From NCBI GenBank assembly GCA_030141605.1, contig JAQGDQ010000555.1:1-64000 (forward strand): 64,000 nucleotides of DNA, given 5' to 3'. The notes beneath the pieces were generated by a model. It was not told the DNA's origin. It saw only the letters and a program-made list of their open reading frames with translations, and searched no databases. Position numbers and translations under genes: made by a program. This document shows, piece after piece, positions 25,810 through 39,779 of this stretch; the first letter of the stretch is position 1; every line of letters starts with the position of its first letter. The DNA comes from Tubiluchus corallicola (lineage: Eukaryota > Animalia > Priapulida).

Positions 25810-27282
25810 TAGTGTTGTGTGTTTGAAATTTGCTCTGTTTTATATTCAAACTTTTCACTCTCTCAAGGGTACAGATGTGCGTCCTGTATGTTATTTCCAG
25901 TCGTGTTAAAGTAAAACCCATAAATTTGGCTCCGAACAGGACCGGCCTGCACCCGTCCTCCCAGGACTTGTCTTCCAACTGTTTCGGCGTAATGTGAGGG
26001 AGTGGTAAGCCCTCAAATGTAGATTAGTTTTCTGTGTTTTTTATGTTTAGCCACCTGTATGTTTCTGTCACAAGAACAGAACTTTATTTAAGAGTAAAAT
26101 TCTGGTTTTTACAAAATTAGTAGGTTAGCTAAGATTGATAAATTAAAAATTATTAAAAATTTATTAGAAATTTTGGTCACGACTAAACTGGTTTTTGTTT
26201 GTTTTAGGTACCGGGACGTGGACCACTTGTTATTACACCATACTAAACATGTGCTTCCGACCTTGGCCCGATGACCCACCAACATAGAAGCGTACTAAAC
26301 ACAAGTGGTTCTAAGAGTAGAAACAACATATGCTAACAGTACACTACGTATTACTGTTTAATTCCTTGCGAACCTTTGCAATCTGTTCCATGCAATACTT
26401 GACAAAAACTAAATGAAGCACTACTAACATTACGAATGTATATTGAAAATCACTCAGGTTGTTTCCTATGTACACTGTTTGCTATAATGCTTTCTGTATT
26501 TCAGAAAAATGCATGTAAAGTGATTAAAAACAAGCTTTAAAATGTGTACTTTTTACAGAAGTTTCATATCAACAAAAAACATTAATGTTTAAACATGTAT
26601 GTGTTAAGTTATAGAACCTTCACTATTTCAGAAAAATCGCTGCAAAATCATTCAACGATTTTTTTTAATTGTGCGTAGTTTTTTCATAGCATTTACATCA
26701 ACAAAAGCACTAATTTTTAAAGATATATGTTTTTTCAAAAAAAATTTTTGAAAATGTATTCAGTAAAGATTAAAGAGCCAATTAAAAACGTAAAACGAGG
26801 AACCGAAAATATAATGAATTCTGTTCCTACCTTTATATTTTAAGCGTAAATAATTTAATATTAACAATACAGTAACAAACTTGACGAGAATGAAGTCAGC
26901 TTGCCTATTATAATTCTAGTTGAACACAGACCGCTGGATAAATATATTTGATACTTCACAAGATACAAGATCTCTTCAAAATTTCACCCACGGTTTTATT
27001 CTAGGTCGCGTGGCAAAGATGTTTACTCACATATTTCTGATTAGGTCTACAAATAGTTCAGTTTAAACAAGTCCCTGTTGTTCAAACTATGGCGCGTGCC
27101 ACTGCTGTTTTAGTGTTTAGACTTTGAACATTTATATCTGATTCGGTATATACATAGGAACGTTTACTTAGACCCTGGCTGCTTCAGCTGTTGATTTTCT
27201 TGTTTCCTGGTGGTATGTTCAATGTTCTCAGGCATTTTTAATAATAATAATGATTATTATTATGATGATGATGGTGATCATG

Positions 27283-27760
27283 AAATTTGCGTAAAGATTA
27301 GTCATATTAGGCAATCAGATTGGCATCCATTAGCTAACCATATTAGGCTACATATTACGAAGGATCAGAAAAGAGAGACATAAGCAACTACATGCATACT
27401 TTGAACTTATCTTTGACTAAAATCCAAAATGATTAAAACAGCACAGGGGGGTTGAAAAGCCATTGACATGGCAATTCGCTCTTTAAATATTTTCCCAAAC
27501 TTTCTAGACTTTTTGTTTGTAGGATATGTATACTAGAGAAACTGCCCAGAACGTTGCTGATAGTTTCTTTCAACAATTCGGCGTTAGGCCAAACGTTCTC
27601 ATCAACCATCTGCACCGATCTAAGATGGACGCCAACAGAGAAATAAATGAAGCAGCGTTCCAAATAAAAGAAGCAGATTTCATCAGTGAGGTATCGTCAG
27701 CATGTTCCCTTTTACTTAGGGAGTATAAAAGCGAGTACGAGCAGTTTTGATGATGATGAT
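27283..27760 (+). pseudogene. Inverted duplicate of FGase-like exon 3 with flanking intron sequence
   Basis: Reverse-complement copy of ~21840-22335; splice sites retained; 24-nt in-frame deletion (EAELAWYEFQNF > EADF). Confidence 0.9.
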
Positions 27761-28265
27761 GATAATGATGATGATGACGATGACAACAACAACAGCAACA
27801 GCAGCAACAACAACAACTGCAACAGCAGCAGCAGGAACAACAACAATGATGCGTTTTACAACTAAAAAGTCTGTAATAAATTACAATTGTAATATGTAAT
27901 ACGCTAACCATTAATTTTAAAATGTACACGAATTTTTTTAATGCCATGTCTAGCAAGATTTCACCAATGATCAAGAGAAATTTGGGCGAAATTAGATATT
28001 TGTGTATCAAATAATATAATAAAAGCATAACATCGCGAGGCTGCTCGATGTGCGTGTGCATGTATGTCTGATTGATTCAATATTTATTTTCTTGTAAATA
28101 TTTTTACAGTCTCTGCATTTCATATACTTTATCCTTTTTGTCTGTGAACAGTGAGATTTCGTGGAAATGATCACCACATTCAGTCAAAGCAGTCTAATCA
28201 CTAGAATTTTACTGTTAAAATTTACAGTTAAGAAAAACAGTTAGATCTTACTATAGCAAAATCTT

Positions 28266-28281
28266 AATAACAATAATAATA

Positions 28282-28352
<71 letters not shown>

Positions 28353-28417
28353 AATGATAATGATGGTGATGATGACGACGATGATGTTGTTGATGATGAT
28401 GATGTTGATGATGATGT

Positions 28418-28466
<49 letters not shown>

Positions 28467-28546
28467 GATGATGATGATGATAATGATAATGATGGTGATG
28501 ATGACGACGATGATGTTGTTGATGATGATGATGTTGATGATGATGT

Positions 28547-28643
<97 letters not shown>

Positions 28644-28713
28644 AATGATAATGATGGTGATGATGATGACGATGATGTTGTTGATGATGATGTTGATGAT
28701 GATGTTGATGATG

Positions 28714-28745
<32 letters not shown>

Positions 28746-28805
28746 GATGATGATGATGATAATAATAATAATAATAACAATAACAATAATAATACTAATA
28801 ATAAT
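28266..28805. repeat. Compound (GAT)n/(AAT)n microsatellite with internal block duplications
   Basis: The block GATAATGATAATGATGGTGATGATGACGACGATGATGTTGTTG occurs about three times, with variants. Confidence 0.97.
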
Positions 28806-30282
28806 TACAGGCATTTTTCAGTAAAATACACTGCATAACATAAAATAAAGGTTTGAGATAAAAAGTAAGCCCTTTTGAAATATTCATTAAAAGTAGTTCT
28901 CTTCGCTTTGTAATGGAAACAAACGTTTTATAAACAACACCTACTTTATTTGGACAAAAACAACCATTAAATTAGACCAGTAAACCAAGGAAATAAATTT
29001 AAAACGGATTACGTATCTTTAATTAATTAATTAATGAACGAATTGGTAAAAATAATTTGGCTTGAATCATTGCAAAGCAGAATTTCAACTCAATTGAAAA
29101 ACTACATTTGGAGTTGTAAGAATACTTTTGAGTTGAAAAGAATGTAACGGACAGAGTGCTTTTCTGTGAATTTATCAGACGCTCGTTTACTACAAGACAA
29201 TGTCTACTCATGCACGTCTCACTCCTCTGTACCTTATCTCCATTGGCTCTTGTTTGTATTTAGAACCACTACGAAGTGTTGTACGCCTCTTTGCAAACTA
29301 GGAACCGGGAATGGTATTAGTTATTGTATTTATTATTAATATCATTTATTTTCGAACATGCGTGTACATTCAAGCTACATAAGTGGTTTAATTAAAAGAA
29401 AAGCGGACCCAATCTTAAACTTTAGGTAAAAATAATCTGCTTTTTAAAATATTGAAAGGAAACATACTCGTTTTTTTTCCAAAAACGACAAGCGTGAGAG
29501 AATTATTACCACACAAGCACAAGAGTCACTTTGTCTGCCATGATTAACGAATCAAAACGTAGGCTGTATTGCAGTCGGGTACACATACAGCTGTTGCTGT
29601 GCTGCTCTTTCTACTCTGCACAACAAGTTTCTAACTATAAGAACACTGAGTAGCCAAAGACTTCACCCTTTCTTGTTAAAATGGACCCGTCCGAAGCCAC
29701 TTTCGGTATAAAAGGCAAGCGATGTACAGTCCCCCCCCTAGTTCGTGCGACGTAGGTGACAGTGCTAGGTTAATGTTATTAAATATAGTGAGAATTTATT
29801 GTTTAATATCGTTTATGAATACCATTTATTTTTCATTGTTCATATCTCAAGTGATCTCTATGATTACTAATGGTTGCTATAATGTGAACTTTAAATTTTA
29901 ATAAGAAAATCAATCACGTGAAATTTAATTTAATAAAAAGGAAAACAATCATCAATAAATCTGTCAGATATATTTACATATGAATATTTACGGAGTGCAT
30001 TATCTTTAACACAAAGCACAAAATCTTATAGAATATTCGTTGTTTGATAAAACATGCAACGAAAATGATTTTGCCCTATTAATCGTACTTGAGAAAAAAG
30101 TATCATTGTTCATACAAAACTTACAAAATTCACCTTATAAGAACTGCTTAACAAAGCCTAGTGTGTTGTACCAGCCAGTGGCAGGGTAGATAAGTCTAAC
30201 CCTGCTGATTAATATTAATTATAAATTCATATATTCTGGCATGATAATGTTATGGTAACCAATCCAAAAGTTTTGTTTGAGA

Positions 30283-30436
30283 TTAAGTACAAGTTGGGAA
30301 ATTTTTTTTGCTAATTAGATAGCCATTGCATGTGCAGCTTAAATTAGATCTCCAAATGGTGGCACCACTGCAATATGTGACATAAACTTCATCTCCTGTT
30401 TCGAGATGAAGAATACCGTATGATACTCACCACCAC
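30283..30436 (-). pseudogene. C1q-domain C-terminal exon relic (WW*VSYGILHLETGDEVYVTYC…TCNGYLI)
   Basis: Acceptor TTGCAG|; matches the gC1q C-terminal pattern L.L..GD.V.V…F.G.L; in-frame TGA. Confidence 0.55.
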
Positions 30437-30974
30437 CTGCAACAAAATAATACTGTTTTTAAGTACAACTTGTGTAAGAGCGAATACTAGTCGCAAGGAT
30501 GCATCAGTTTATCTTAATGTCAGGATTATTGTTAACATCTCAAACCGAGAATTTAAAAAATTTAGATACCAAACTTGAAAAATAGGAAATACAAAAAAGT
30601 TATATGCAGGATGGATTTGAACTAGCACCCTGTTGCTTGCAAGGCAAACGCTCAGCACCACATTCCCTGGTGATTATGGTTATCCATTATATTACAGCTG
30701 GTTCACTGAATTAGCACTTAAAAAGTTAAAGCACTCAAACTAGACAGATTTATTTTAACTAAATTGAATATTTTTGGTTTAATTCGGTTAATTATTGTAG
30801 TATTTCACTAAACCAAGTTTTTCAATCTGCAGTATTAAATTTAATATTTTGTATGTTGTAATGTAGACAGAATAATGATGAGTGGCTGTCATGCCATAGT
30901 TGTGACATGGTGATTGTTTTCTAATTTTGATTGCCTCAATTTTGCAGGCTAAGTAAAAACTTTAGAGGACCTAC

Positions 30975-33395
30975 TCAATGACGTACATCATTTTAAGTGG
31001 CCTTTACGTAACATGCAGATGCAGTTGCATTTTGGTGGATGCGGAATAGACAAAATCGCTTTATATTATTTCCACAGCATCATTTATGGAGCCTGCGGAT
31101 GTGTTATAATTTTTCTCCAGCAATTCCCTATTATTTTTTTCCACAGTTCTGCAAGTAGAAAATGCATCAACATATGCATCCGATTTCTTAGAATGCCAAG
31201 TTAGACGAGACCCCTGAACTCGAACCCAGGAATAAAATGGCAAAAGACTTTGTTGAAAAGACAGAATTACAGTCTCTTAACCTCAATAGATGGTGAAGCT
31301 GAGTGCAATTGGATCCCTTTGGTCATTCTCCTCCACCTTACAGACCACATCGTACTTGACATGACAGTGATGAGGAAACAACATGGAGTTTCATTCCTGC
31401 CTCCTCTCACCCCGATGCATCATTACTGCTCCGCAGCCCTATTTGAGAGCCTCTTTACGAATCTAAAATTCCATGTAGTCTTCGCCTCCTGTAAGATACA
31501 CTCTAAGGTCTTACCTGTAGGACCTTTTCGTAAGACTCGTTTTTTATTCGTGGTTCGAAGACTTGTTTAAAAATCATTCATTCTCAATTCGAATTCGAAA
31601 TACTGAAATTCCGTTCAATTCAAATTCGAAAATCACAAATTCCGTTCGATTCAAATTCGCTTTTTGGTAGAGAATGTTCACCTCTAGTAATCAGGTAGCT
31701 GCTACCATTATAGATACGTGCTTACAGTGTCATAGACTCTAACTTAATTGTGAATATTGAGTATGCATTTGTTTACCTTATAGTGAATAAATGGTAAGTT
31801 GCATTACGTGTAGGTTTTGCGTATTGCACGCGTCATAGGTGTGAGTGTACTACATGAGTAAGTAACTTTATTGCTTACAGACCCACAAATAACTGAATTT
31901 TTGAAACCAAACTTTGAACAGGAAATGTAAAAAAGTTGGAAGCAGAACACGGATTTGAACCATGGAACCTCTGCAAGCGATTTTGTGACAAAAATTGTCA
32001 GTCGAAAATATATCCCTTACAGCTGGCCAATCAGCTGGCATTAATTTTGTCGTTCACTGATTTGAAATTTTTGCGAATAATGTCCGTGTAACAATGAACG
32101 TACTTACCCCATCAAAACAATGAGCTGCTGTTAGTATCAATAAGTCACTAATCAGGGTTCCTTCACAAAGTCTAGCACCTGGTTTACCATCAGTAATATG
32201 TGTAATAATCATTCCAACCTTTAAAGAAAAATATCTACAAAACAATTTATATTGTTTCTTAATGTTTACACGTTCACTAAGTGTATTTAGTTTTATTCTG
32301 CTTGTTTTTGTGTGTTTATTTTGCACTTGTTCTATGCCTTGCGATGCTGAATGTACAAGAAACACACTCCATGGTGTTGAATAAACAGTGGAGTGAGTAG
32401 GCTAATTACGAACGAAGTTTCTTAAAGAAGAACACGTCACATGAAGACAATACCATTACATCAGTACAAAACATCAAACCAATAACAGAACGGTAATGGC
32501 ACGCTCAGATGTAGAAACTTCTCTGTCAAGTGGTTGCGCCACTTTTCTCTGAGAGTAAAGTTGCAACGAGTGAACGGCTTGGCAACTTCTTTCAGAGAGA
32601 AATTGCGAGAGAATTATCTACGTCTGAAGGTACCATTAGTGTTCTAACACATCATCATCTTTTTATTTGTTTTATTACGAAAACACCAAAAACAATAAAT
32701 ATATAGGATAACATGGTATACATAGGATTACGTGATAAAATCGACATGATGTGTATCTATAAAAATTGTTGCTTGCATTATAGTCAGAAACATTACTTCT
32801 GTGATTATTGGAATTAATGCATTTAACAAAATTTCATCTTAGCGTTCCGTATACAAGATCTAGTTAAGTATCGTGTTTACAGTGAAATAGCAAAAAAGGT
32901 ATAAATCATCTTAAGTTGCTACTCAAATTTATGGTGTTTAAAACGTTGAAACACTTCGCCTTCAGTTCATCTTGCTGAACTAGAATCTAGTATTTCGAAA
33001 GGTGTTTAAGGATGTGCACAATAGGCGGGCAGAGAAAAAAAGGAAGAAAAGGCTATAAACATTGAACAAGTTTTAACAAGGAAACTGGTAGCCGTTGCAA
33101 TTGAATGGGAAATGGAACAAGACAAAGGGTAAAACTAAAAGAACTGAAACTTAGCTACACAAAATAGCATTAATAATAACCGTAGACATTCATATTATGA
33201 CAGGAAACAAAACGTACCATGAATGGATATTCCCTCCCAATTACATCCTCCTCGCCAGTAATTCTCGGCTCAGCAGGCCAATCTGTAATTAGTGTCCAAG
33301 AAACACATTGACAAACTATGAAATTTTAAAAACGAATCTCGCTGCGGCATGGCAGACAGCGAAAAGGCACAGTAACAAAACTTCCAACTTCTGCA
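30975..33395 (-). pseudogene. Decayed trypsin-family (S1A) serine protease
   Basis: Exons 33218-33282 (EPR-ITGEEDVIGREYPFM) and 32108-32218 (LCEGTLISDLLILTAAHCFDG); degenerate 30975-31148 (IITHPQ…ND, with stops/frameshift); signal-like LEVLLLCLFAVCHAA lacks ATG and GT donor; no GDSGG exon seen. Confidence 0.7.
32494..32638. mobile_element. MITE (~145 bp) with ~30-bp imperfect TIRs
   Basis: Left end TAATGGCACGCTCAGATGTAGAAACTTCTC versus reverse complement of right end TAATGGTACCTTCAGACGTAGATAATTCTC. Confidence 0.7.
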
Positions 33396-35949
33396 GTTCA
33401 CTCAGAAACTCCGTTTTTTAGTCTGAATAAATCTTTGTGTTTTTGTAGAATTAACTGTAAAAATAAGATGTTCTGTCAAATATCATGCAAGGCTGCAAAA
33501 ATACCATAGCCAGTAGATGCTTCATGCTTGGTCGGGTTTTTTTGTTTATAATTTCAGTTATTGATTGTTAAAATAATTACTCTGTTACTTTGTTGGCATT
33601 TGTAGCCGAGTTGGAAGTTAATGTAATTATTAACCTAGTATAAATAATCTCTCGTTTCGCATTTTGGATTGTTTGTTGATAACTAATAATTTTAAGTGCA
33701 GCTGCCATAAAGTTTACTCAGGCATCGAGCAGGATAATGTTTACACTGCTTTATTGAATTAAAAACTAGCAAATCGTTAATTTGCGACTAGCTTTAATCA
33801 GGAATCATTTTGACAGAAAAACAGCCATTTTAATTCAACTAACCTTTCTCAGATAAACCATAATATGTAGAGAGATATATCTTAAAGCAGAACTATATTT
33901 TAAGCACTCTCAAGAATGTAGTCACTAAATTTATTTGGGCTGGCAGTAGAAACAACATTTCTAACATCGTCATTGACACGATAGGTGTTTTAATACTGAT
34001 AAGTAATCAGTTATAAAATTGTAGTTTCTGCTTAACGTTGCTGGTTACAACTTGCACAAGAAATCGGACAGTTACAGCGTGCTGTAGAATCATACAATGA
34101 GGCTTCACATATTGAGACAATGAGTGATATGGAATGATTGCATCGGAATCTTGGTATTCTTGGTATATTTATATATATATATATATATATATATAAGATT
34201 CGAGGCTACAGCTTCGACGAGGGCTCCATTTGTGGCGATCTATATATCAAAAGAAAGGTCTCGATCTAGTTTGAAATTATTGTGCACGAAAACAACTTTT
34301 CAAAATTGTTGACATTGCAGAAACTAGGTGAGAATCTATGAACTGTGTTAGTGAGCATAATGTTCAGGACTGTCATGGAATTCATTAATTAAATACTAAA
34401 GTATGGTGTGCCACTAATCCTTCACACTTTAAGACACACTGGATCAGTATTGGAAAGACCATCCTGAAATGTATCACGTTCCCACCTAACTACCTATACA
34501 CCACATTGTGTTTAACCGGAACCACAATGTTGTGTACATTAAGTATTGCAACCATGGGCAAAAAGCTATTAGCTTCACCCTGATCATCAAAGGTAATAAG
34601 ATGAAATCATATTATTGTATAAAATCTGTTGTATATTGCATGTAATTCACATCAAATTTTAGTTACATTTTTGGGACTGATTTTAAAGATTTAATTTTTG
34701 TGTGTCATTTTTATTAGGCTGTTTTGATTAAACATGATCTTAATTCAGTGCATAATTAAATATTAAATTTGTCTGTGATAGTATTCAGGTTTATCTGTCT
34801 GCATGAAAAAGTTATTGTCTATAATCGCATGGGTAAGTTAAAGTTTATTTTAAGCCATTTCTATTGGATTTCATCAGCTTGTTAAAGGATTAGAAAAAGG
34901 GCTTCTAAAGTCAGATGAATAAATAAATCTAAAAAAGTGGCTTCAAAAAATCACCAGAAAGTTGTTAGTTAATAATTATGCTAATTATATAATTTTAAGC
35001 ATATATTGTGCTCACGTTAAAAGAATTTTTGTCTATTTTTGTGTTATATCTCCAGCAATACTATTCTGACCACGCCATTACATGACGTCAGGTATGCACA
35101 TCGTAAATCGGGGGGAAAAAGAAAATAAAAACCTTTGCATGCAAAGTTATATTACTCAGCATTTAGCTTACCTGCTTGAAAGATTCATTTAGATAGAAAC
35201 AAAAAATCGTAATAATCTAAATTGCTCTTGGCAACTCGTAATTTCGTTGAGTCAAATTCTAGAGTGTGCCACTCAGTCGCCAAAAAAAACCTGTTTTTAA
35301 TTTCATTGGCTAAATACAGTAATATAAAAAGACTTTGCTTAGTTAGTGAAGTGTGAACAATGCTCTAAATATTTCTTTCGAACGTTACACAAAGTTACGT
35401 AATCTTATTTCAAATGACTCAGCATCAAAATGGCTGTACACCGTTACTGTTGACAGAAGTTCAGTGTGCAATTAGACAGCAGGTAAGAGGTATAAAATTC
35501 CAAGACAAATTTTCTAAGCTCTGTGTAAAAATTCTAGACAAAGTTACTCACACAACCTAATGTCATTTCAAATGGCTTATCGTCAAAATAGCTGTACCTA
35601 ACAGTCACGTTTTACACAGTGTTACTGCTGATGCAAGTTCTGCGTACAATAAGACAGCATGTAAGTGGTATAAGCTTTATGTAACGTCTGTGATTTTGTG
35701 AAGTGAATGGATTTTTTCTGCTGCAAGTGATTTTATTTTTGTAAAACGAAAGAAATAAAATGAATATTCCAGAATTTTCTGAAAATGGAGTGGCATTTTA
35801 TTAAAGACATTAATTTAGTAAAAAAAATTAACAGTAATCGAAGGCAGTAGATCACTGCTTATCTTCTTTCCATTCTTTTCTAGTTTTTAGGACTGTTCTT
35901 ATGTAATACTTTAAATGACCCAGCAAATGCATAAAGAAGTTAATTACAC

Positions 35950-37080
35950 TTAAAAGTTTTCTTCCCCAATATGAACTTTCGAATGTTTTTTTAAACGACT
36001 CAATTTAGCAAAAGTAGAATTACATTGTAAACATTTATAAGGCTTTTCTTGTGTATGAATTCTCTTATGACGCTTCAAGCCACTTGCCCATACAAAAGCA
36101 GCATCACATTGGTCACACTTAAACGGTTTCTCACCTGCATGATTCAAAATGTGACGCTTTAAGTTGCCTTTCTGATTAAAAATAGCACCACACTGACTGC
36201 ACTGAAAAGGTTTTTCACCTGTATGAATTCTTGTATGAATCTTCAAATTGCTTGATCGAGCAAAACAAGCATCACATTGAGCACATTTAAAAGGTTTTTC
36301 TCCTGTATGAATTCTTATGTGATGTTTTAAATCTGTTATACGTGCAGAAGCAAAATCACATTGGCCACACTTAAAAGGTTTCTCACCACTGTGAGTCCTT
36401 ACATGATTTTTTAAGTGGGCAGATTGAGCAAATGCAGCATGACAGTGGCTACACTCAAATGGCCTTTCACCTGTATGGATTCTAATGTGGTACTTTAGAC
36501 TAGTAGAACGAGAAAATGCAGCATCGCACTGAATACATCTAAAAGGTTTTTCTCCTGTGTGAATTCTTACATGCTTCTTTAAACTACTTGACTGGGCAAA
36601 AGCAGAACTGCAGTGAGTACATTTAAAAGGTCTTTCACCTGTATGAATTCTTGCATGGCATTTCAAATGACTCACACGAGCAAAAGAACAACCACACTCA
36701 ACGCATATAAAAGGTTTCTCGCCAGTATGGCTTCTTTCGTGTTCTTTTAAATGGCTTGAATGAGCAAAAGCAGCATCACACCACTCACACTTAAATGATT
36801 TTTCTCCCGTGTGAGTTTTTACATGACGTTTCATGTGCCATCTTCTAGGAAAAGCAGCATCGCAATACTCGCACTTGAATAGTTCACTGATTTTGTGATT
36901 AGTGACTTGTCTTTTCTGCGAACCAGAGTAATCCAAGTCCAGCTTATTTTGACTACTCTCAATTGGAGAATTGTGAGGCCTCAGAAGTTCATCACGTATT
37001 TCTGTCTCATCAGCTGAAATGTCATGTTCTGCAATCACTGATAAATCTTCAGTTTTCACATCTTTTGCAAACTCTTCCAT
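35950..37080 (-). CDS. Tandem C2H2 zinc-finger protein, 11 fingers (376 aa)
   Basis: Intact ORF; CxxC…HxxxH repeats with TGEKP linkers; acidic N-terminal leader. Confidence 0.93.
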   Translation of the reverse strand: MEEFAKDVKTEDLSVIAEHDISADETEIRDELLRPHNSPIESSQNKLDLDYSGSQKRQVTNHKISELFKCEYCDAAFPRRWHMKRHVKTHTGEKSFKCEWCDAAFAHSSHLKEHERSHTGEKPFICVECGCSFARVSHLKCHARIHTGERPFKCTHCSSAFAQSSSLKKHVRIHTGEKPFRCIQCDAAFSRSTSLKYHIRIHTGERPFECSHCHAAFAQSAHLKNHVRTHSGEKPFKCGQCDFASARITDLKHHIRIHTGEKPFKCAQCDACFARSSNLKIHTRIHTGEKPFQCSQCGAIFNQKGNLKRHILNHAGEKPFKCDQCDAAFVWASGLKRHKRIHTQEKPYKCLQCNSTFAKLSRLKKHSKVHIGEENF

Positions 37081-37594
37081 CGCCGCAGTTGTTACATTTT
37101 TACAGTTTAATTTCTACAACTATTTTGTGTCATCAGTCACTGCTTTTGTTTCAACGATTATAAAACTCGCAAATCACAAGACATTGCGGTTTATGCCGAC
37201 GCTAAAAACCTTGACGGACACTAAGAAGAAACAAAAACAAAGAATTAAATCAGAAAAAGAAGCTACAATGATTTATCCATAAATTAGGTTATTAATAATT
37301 GCATTTCAAATGTAACTTGCCCAGTTTGCTTACTATTTCAAGCTTGACACATAATGTACAGTCAGGCATAAATTATTTAAAAAGTTATGCACTTTTGACA
37401 CCTGCTTACCACCACCGCCGCCACGCCACCACCACCACCACTACTAGTACTACGACTACTAATACTACGACTACTACTACTATTACTGCTGCTGCTGCTA
37501 ATAATAATAATAATAATATATTTATTTATAAGGCAGTGCTCTTATAAATGTTAAAGTTGAGGTGCAGGCTGCACACTAGAAAACATAATCTTGA

Positions 37595-38330
37595 GAAAAT
37601 CAGTAAATTTAAGTAGTTATAAAATAGGATGCACTGTAGGAGCCATTTACTGCTGTTATCTGTCCTATGCAGATGATGTATGTTTGTTGGCTCTGACCAC
37701 TTCCGGACTTCAGCAGCTTATAAATGTTTATAATGATTTTGCAATTAAACATGAAATTATTGTGAACACAAGTAAAACTAAAACTTTATCCATAAAACCA
37801 GTTTGTGTGAGACACTTAAAACAGGTGACGTTTATTTAAATCATTTACATTTAAAAAGTGTGAAAGATCAGAAATATCATGGTCACATATTTGATTACGA
37901 AAATAGGCACGACCATGATATAGATAGACAGTGTGCTCATTTCTACATAAGGTAAAACATATGTTCGAACATAAGGTCAAACATATATTCAAACATAAGG
38001 TCAAACAAACAGAATTGATAAGAAATTTTTCAAAATGTAGCGCAAACGAAAATAGATAACAGTTTATATCGCACTGATCAAACTTTTACTGTGCAGGTCA
38101 ACGGTACAAATTTTTTTATTATAGTTTTAATAACATAAAAATTGCAAACAATAAACGCATCTGCAAGTTATTTCAGCTGCAAAAAGACTATTCTCCAAGG
38201 GCAATGTCTGTTCAACTTAACATACTGTATTTCGACACTATAATTTGAAAATGTACTCATTCCCTTGAAAAACAGGCTGTCAGAAACTTGCAACACTTTG
38301 TACTGAACATATGGAAAAGTGAATGCAGAT
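37595..38330 (+). mobile_element. LINE reverse transcriptase relic
   Basis: LSYADDVCLLA…GLQQLIN…VNTSKTK (YADD motif); frames downstream are broken. Confidence 0.8.
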
Positions 38331-39779
38331 ATGACTCTAAGATTTACTAGCACTGGCCTAAAATTTAATATGTATCAAATACGGGAACTAAATTTTCCGG
38401 GGGAAGGGCGTGGTCAAATGTGCTGTATAAAGAAGTTGTTTTACTAATTCTTTGTATAATGCTGTCTTTACGTTTTTAACTCCAGTTTTATGTTTGAAAG
38501 AAATTCTGAAATAAAGGTTTAAATTCCAATTTATACGGCTGTTTTAGCATTTGGTAGCCAAAATGACCGTTCGTCATTTAATGATTTGTTAACAACTTCA
38601 AATGCTATTGTTGTGGAGATCACTGGCATCAATTAGAATTGCATAGAATATCGTAGAATCTTTCGTATGAATGACCGCCTTACTGTATGGATTGTTCTCA
38701 AACATTTGTTCCAGAAGTTTCTACAGCACGCTATGTAAGGCGAAGCAGGCTGCCGACACGGAATCACAGAGAGCACGCAGATCTAACACAGACTTATACT
38801 TGCATACTTACATTTTCAGATATACTTAAATGTTTTCCAGATTTTCAAGTTTATTGTAATCATTTCAACGTTCCTTCATAATTTTGTGTTGTAGAATTCT
38901 CGCTAAATAAAGTAGTAATATTTGACGGCGTGTTTTCTGGTTTTTGTTTTCTACGAGCCTTCTAAGAGAAACAAAACACAACAGCTGTATAGTGATTTGT
39001 ACGCCGAACATTTTTTGCAGCTCCAAGAATGAAAGTTCATTCTTCTTGAAAGTTCTCATTACCCAGGTGTGAAATAAACTCAATCACTACAATGATGTCG
39101 TCCTGCAGCAGGAAGTAGAGCAGGATGTATCTCGTGAAGTTGTGTGTTAAGCTTGATTGCCCGGGATAACGCACTTCTGAGTTTATTCCCACTTATTCAC
39201 ATTAAACTCTTTTGCACTAAATTTTCACTCATTCGCACAAGTGCGCACCATTGCACCCAATGTTCTAAATCCTGCAAATTTTAGCAACTTCAGCCTGCTT
39301 GAGCAAGCCCACTTTCAAAAACCTTCTTAAATAGACCACCTTAAAGTGTAAGGGTGCTGAAATGTTCTATGTTATCTAGCAGAACACCATTCGCAGGTAG
39401 GTTAGACTTAGTGACCATAATCATTGATACAGTATAATAATTTTTATTTTAAAGCAAGCATTAAAAAAGCCTACATGCAGGTAAATAAGTCTGTAAAATG
39501 ACTTAAAATTCGTGATTTTAGTAGACGTATTGTTAACAATATACTACCGTATCAACGAATTGACAATGAAGAACTATTTGATGAACTGGGGTACCAGTCT
39601 GAACGTGCTAAGTAACACACTAGCCTTCTACTCTGATCTCTTGTGTATGACTAATGAAGATATTAATACAGACCAAGATACCGTTCAGTACAACGGCAGG
39701 CATGTAAAACTAAATCAATTACAATCGGATCCTAAGTACAAAATAAATACTGAACAATCTACCATTTCTGCATATGAAT

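Noticed and set aside
28241-28824. Poly-Ser, poly-Ile and poly-Met ORFs
   Set aside because: Translations of a (GAT)n microsatellite.
30604-30662. tRNA gene (Ala-like, minus strand); similar fragments at ~31945-31980 and ~43430-43465
   Set aside because: Only a B-box/anticodon-arm remnant with no complete cloverleaf; more likely decayed tRNA-derived SINE heads.
31250-31510. Penelope-like GIY-YIG 3' fragment (…KEALK*…MHRVRGG, minus strand)
   Set aside because: Too short and degenerate to support without a search.
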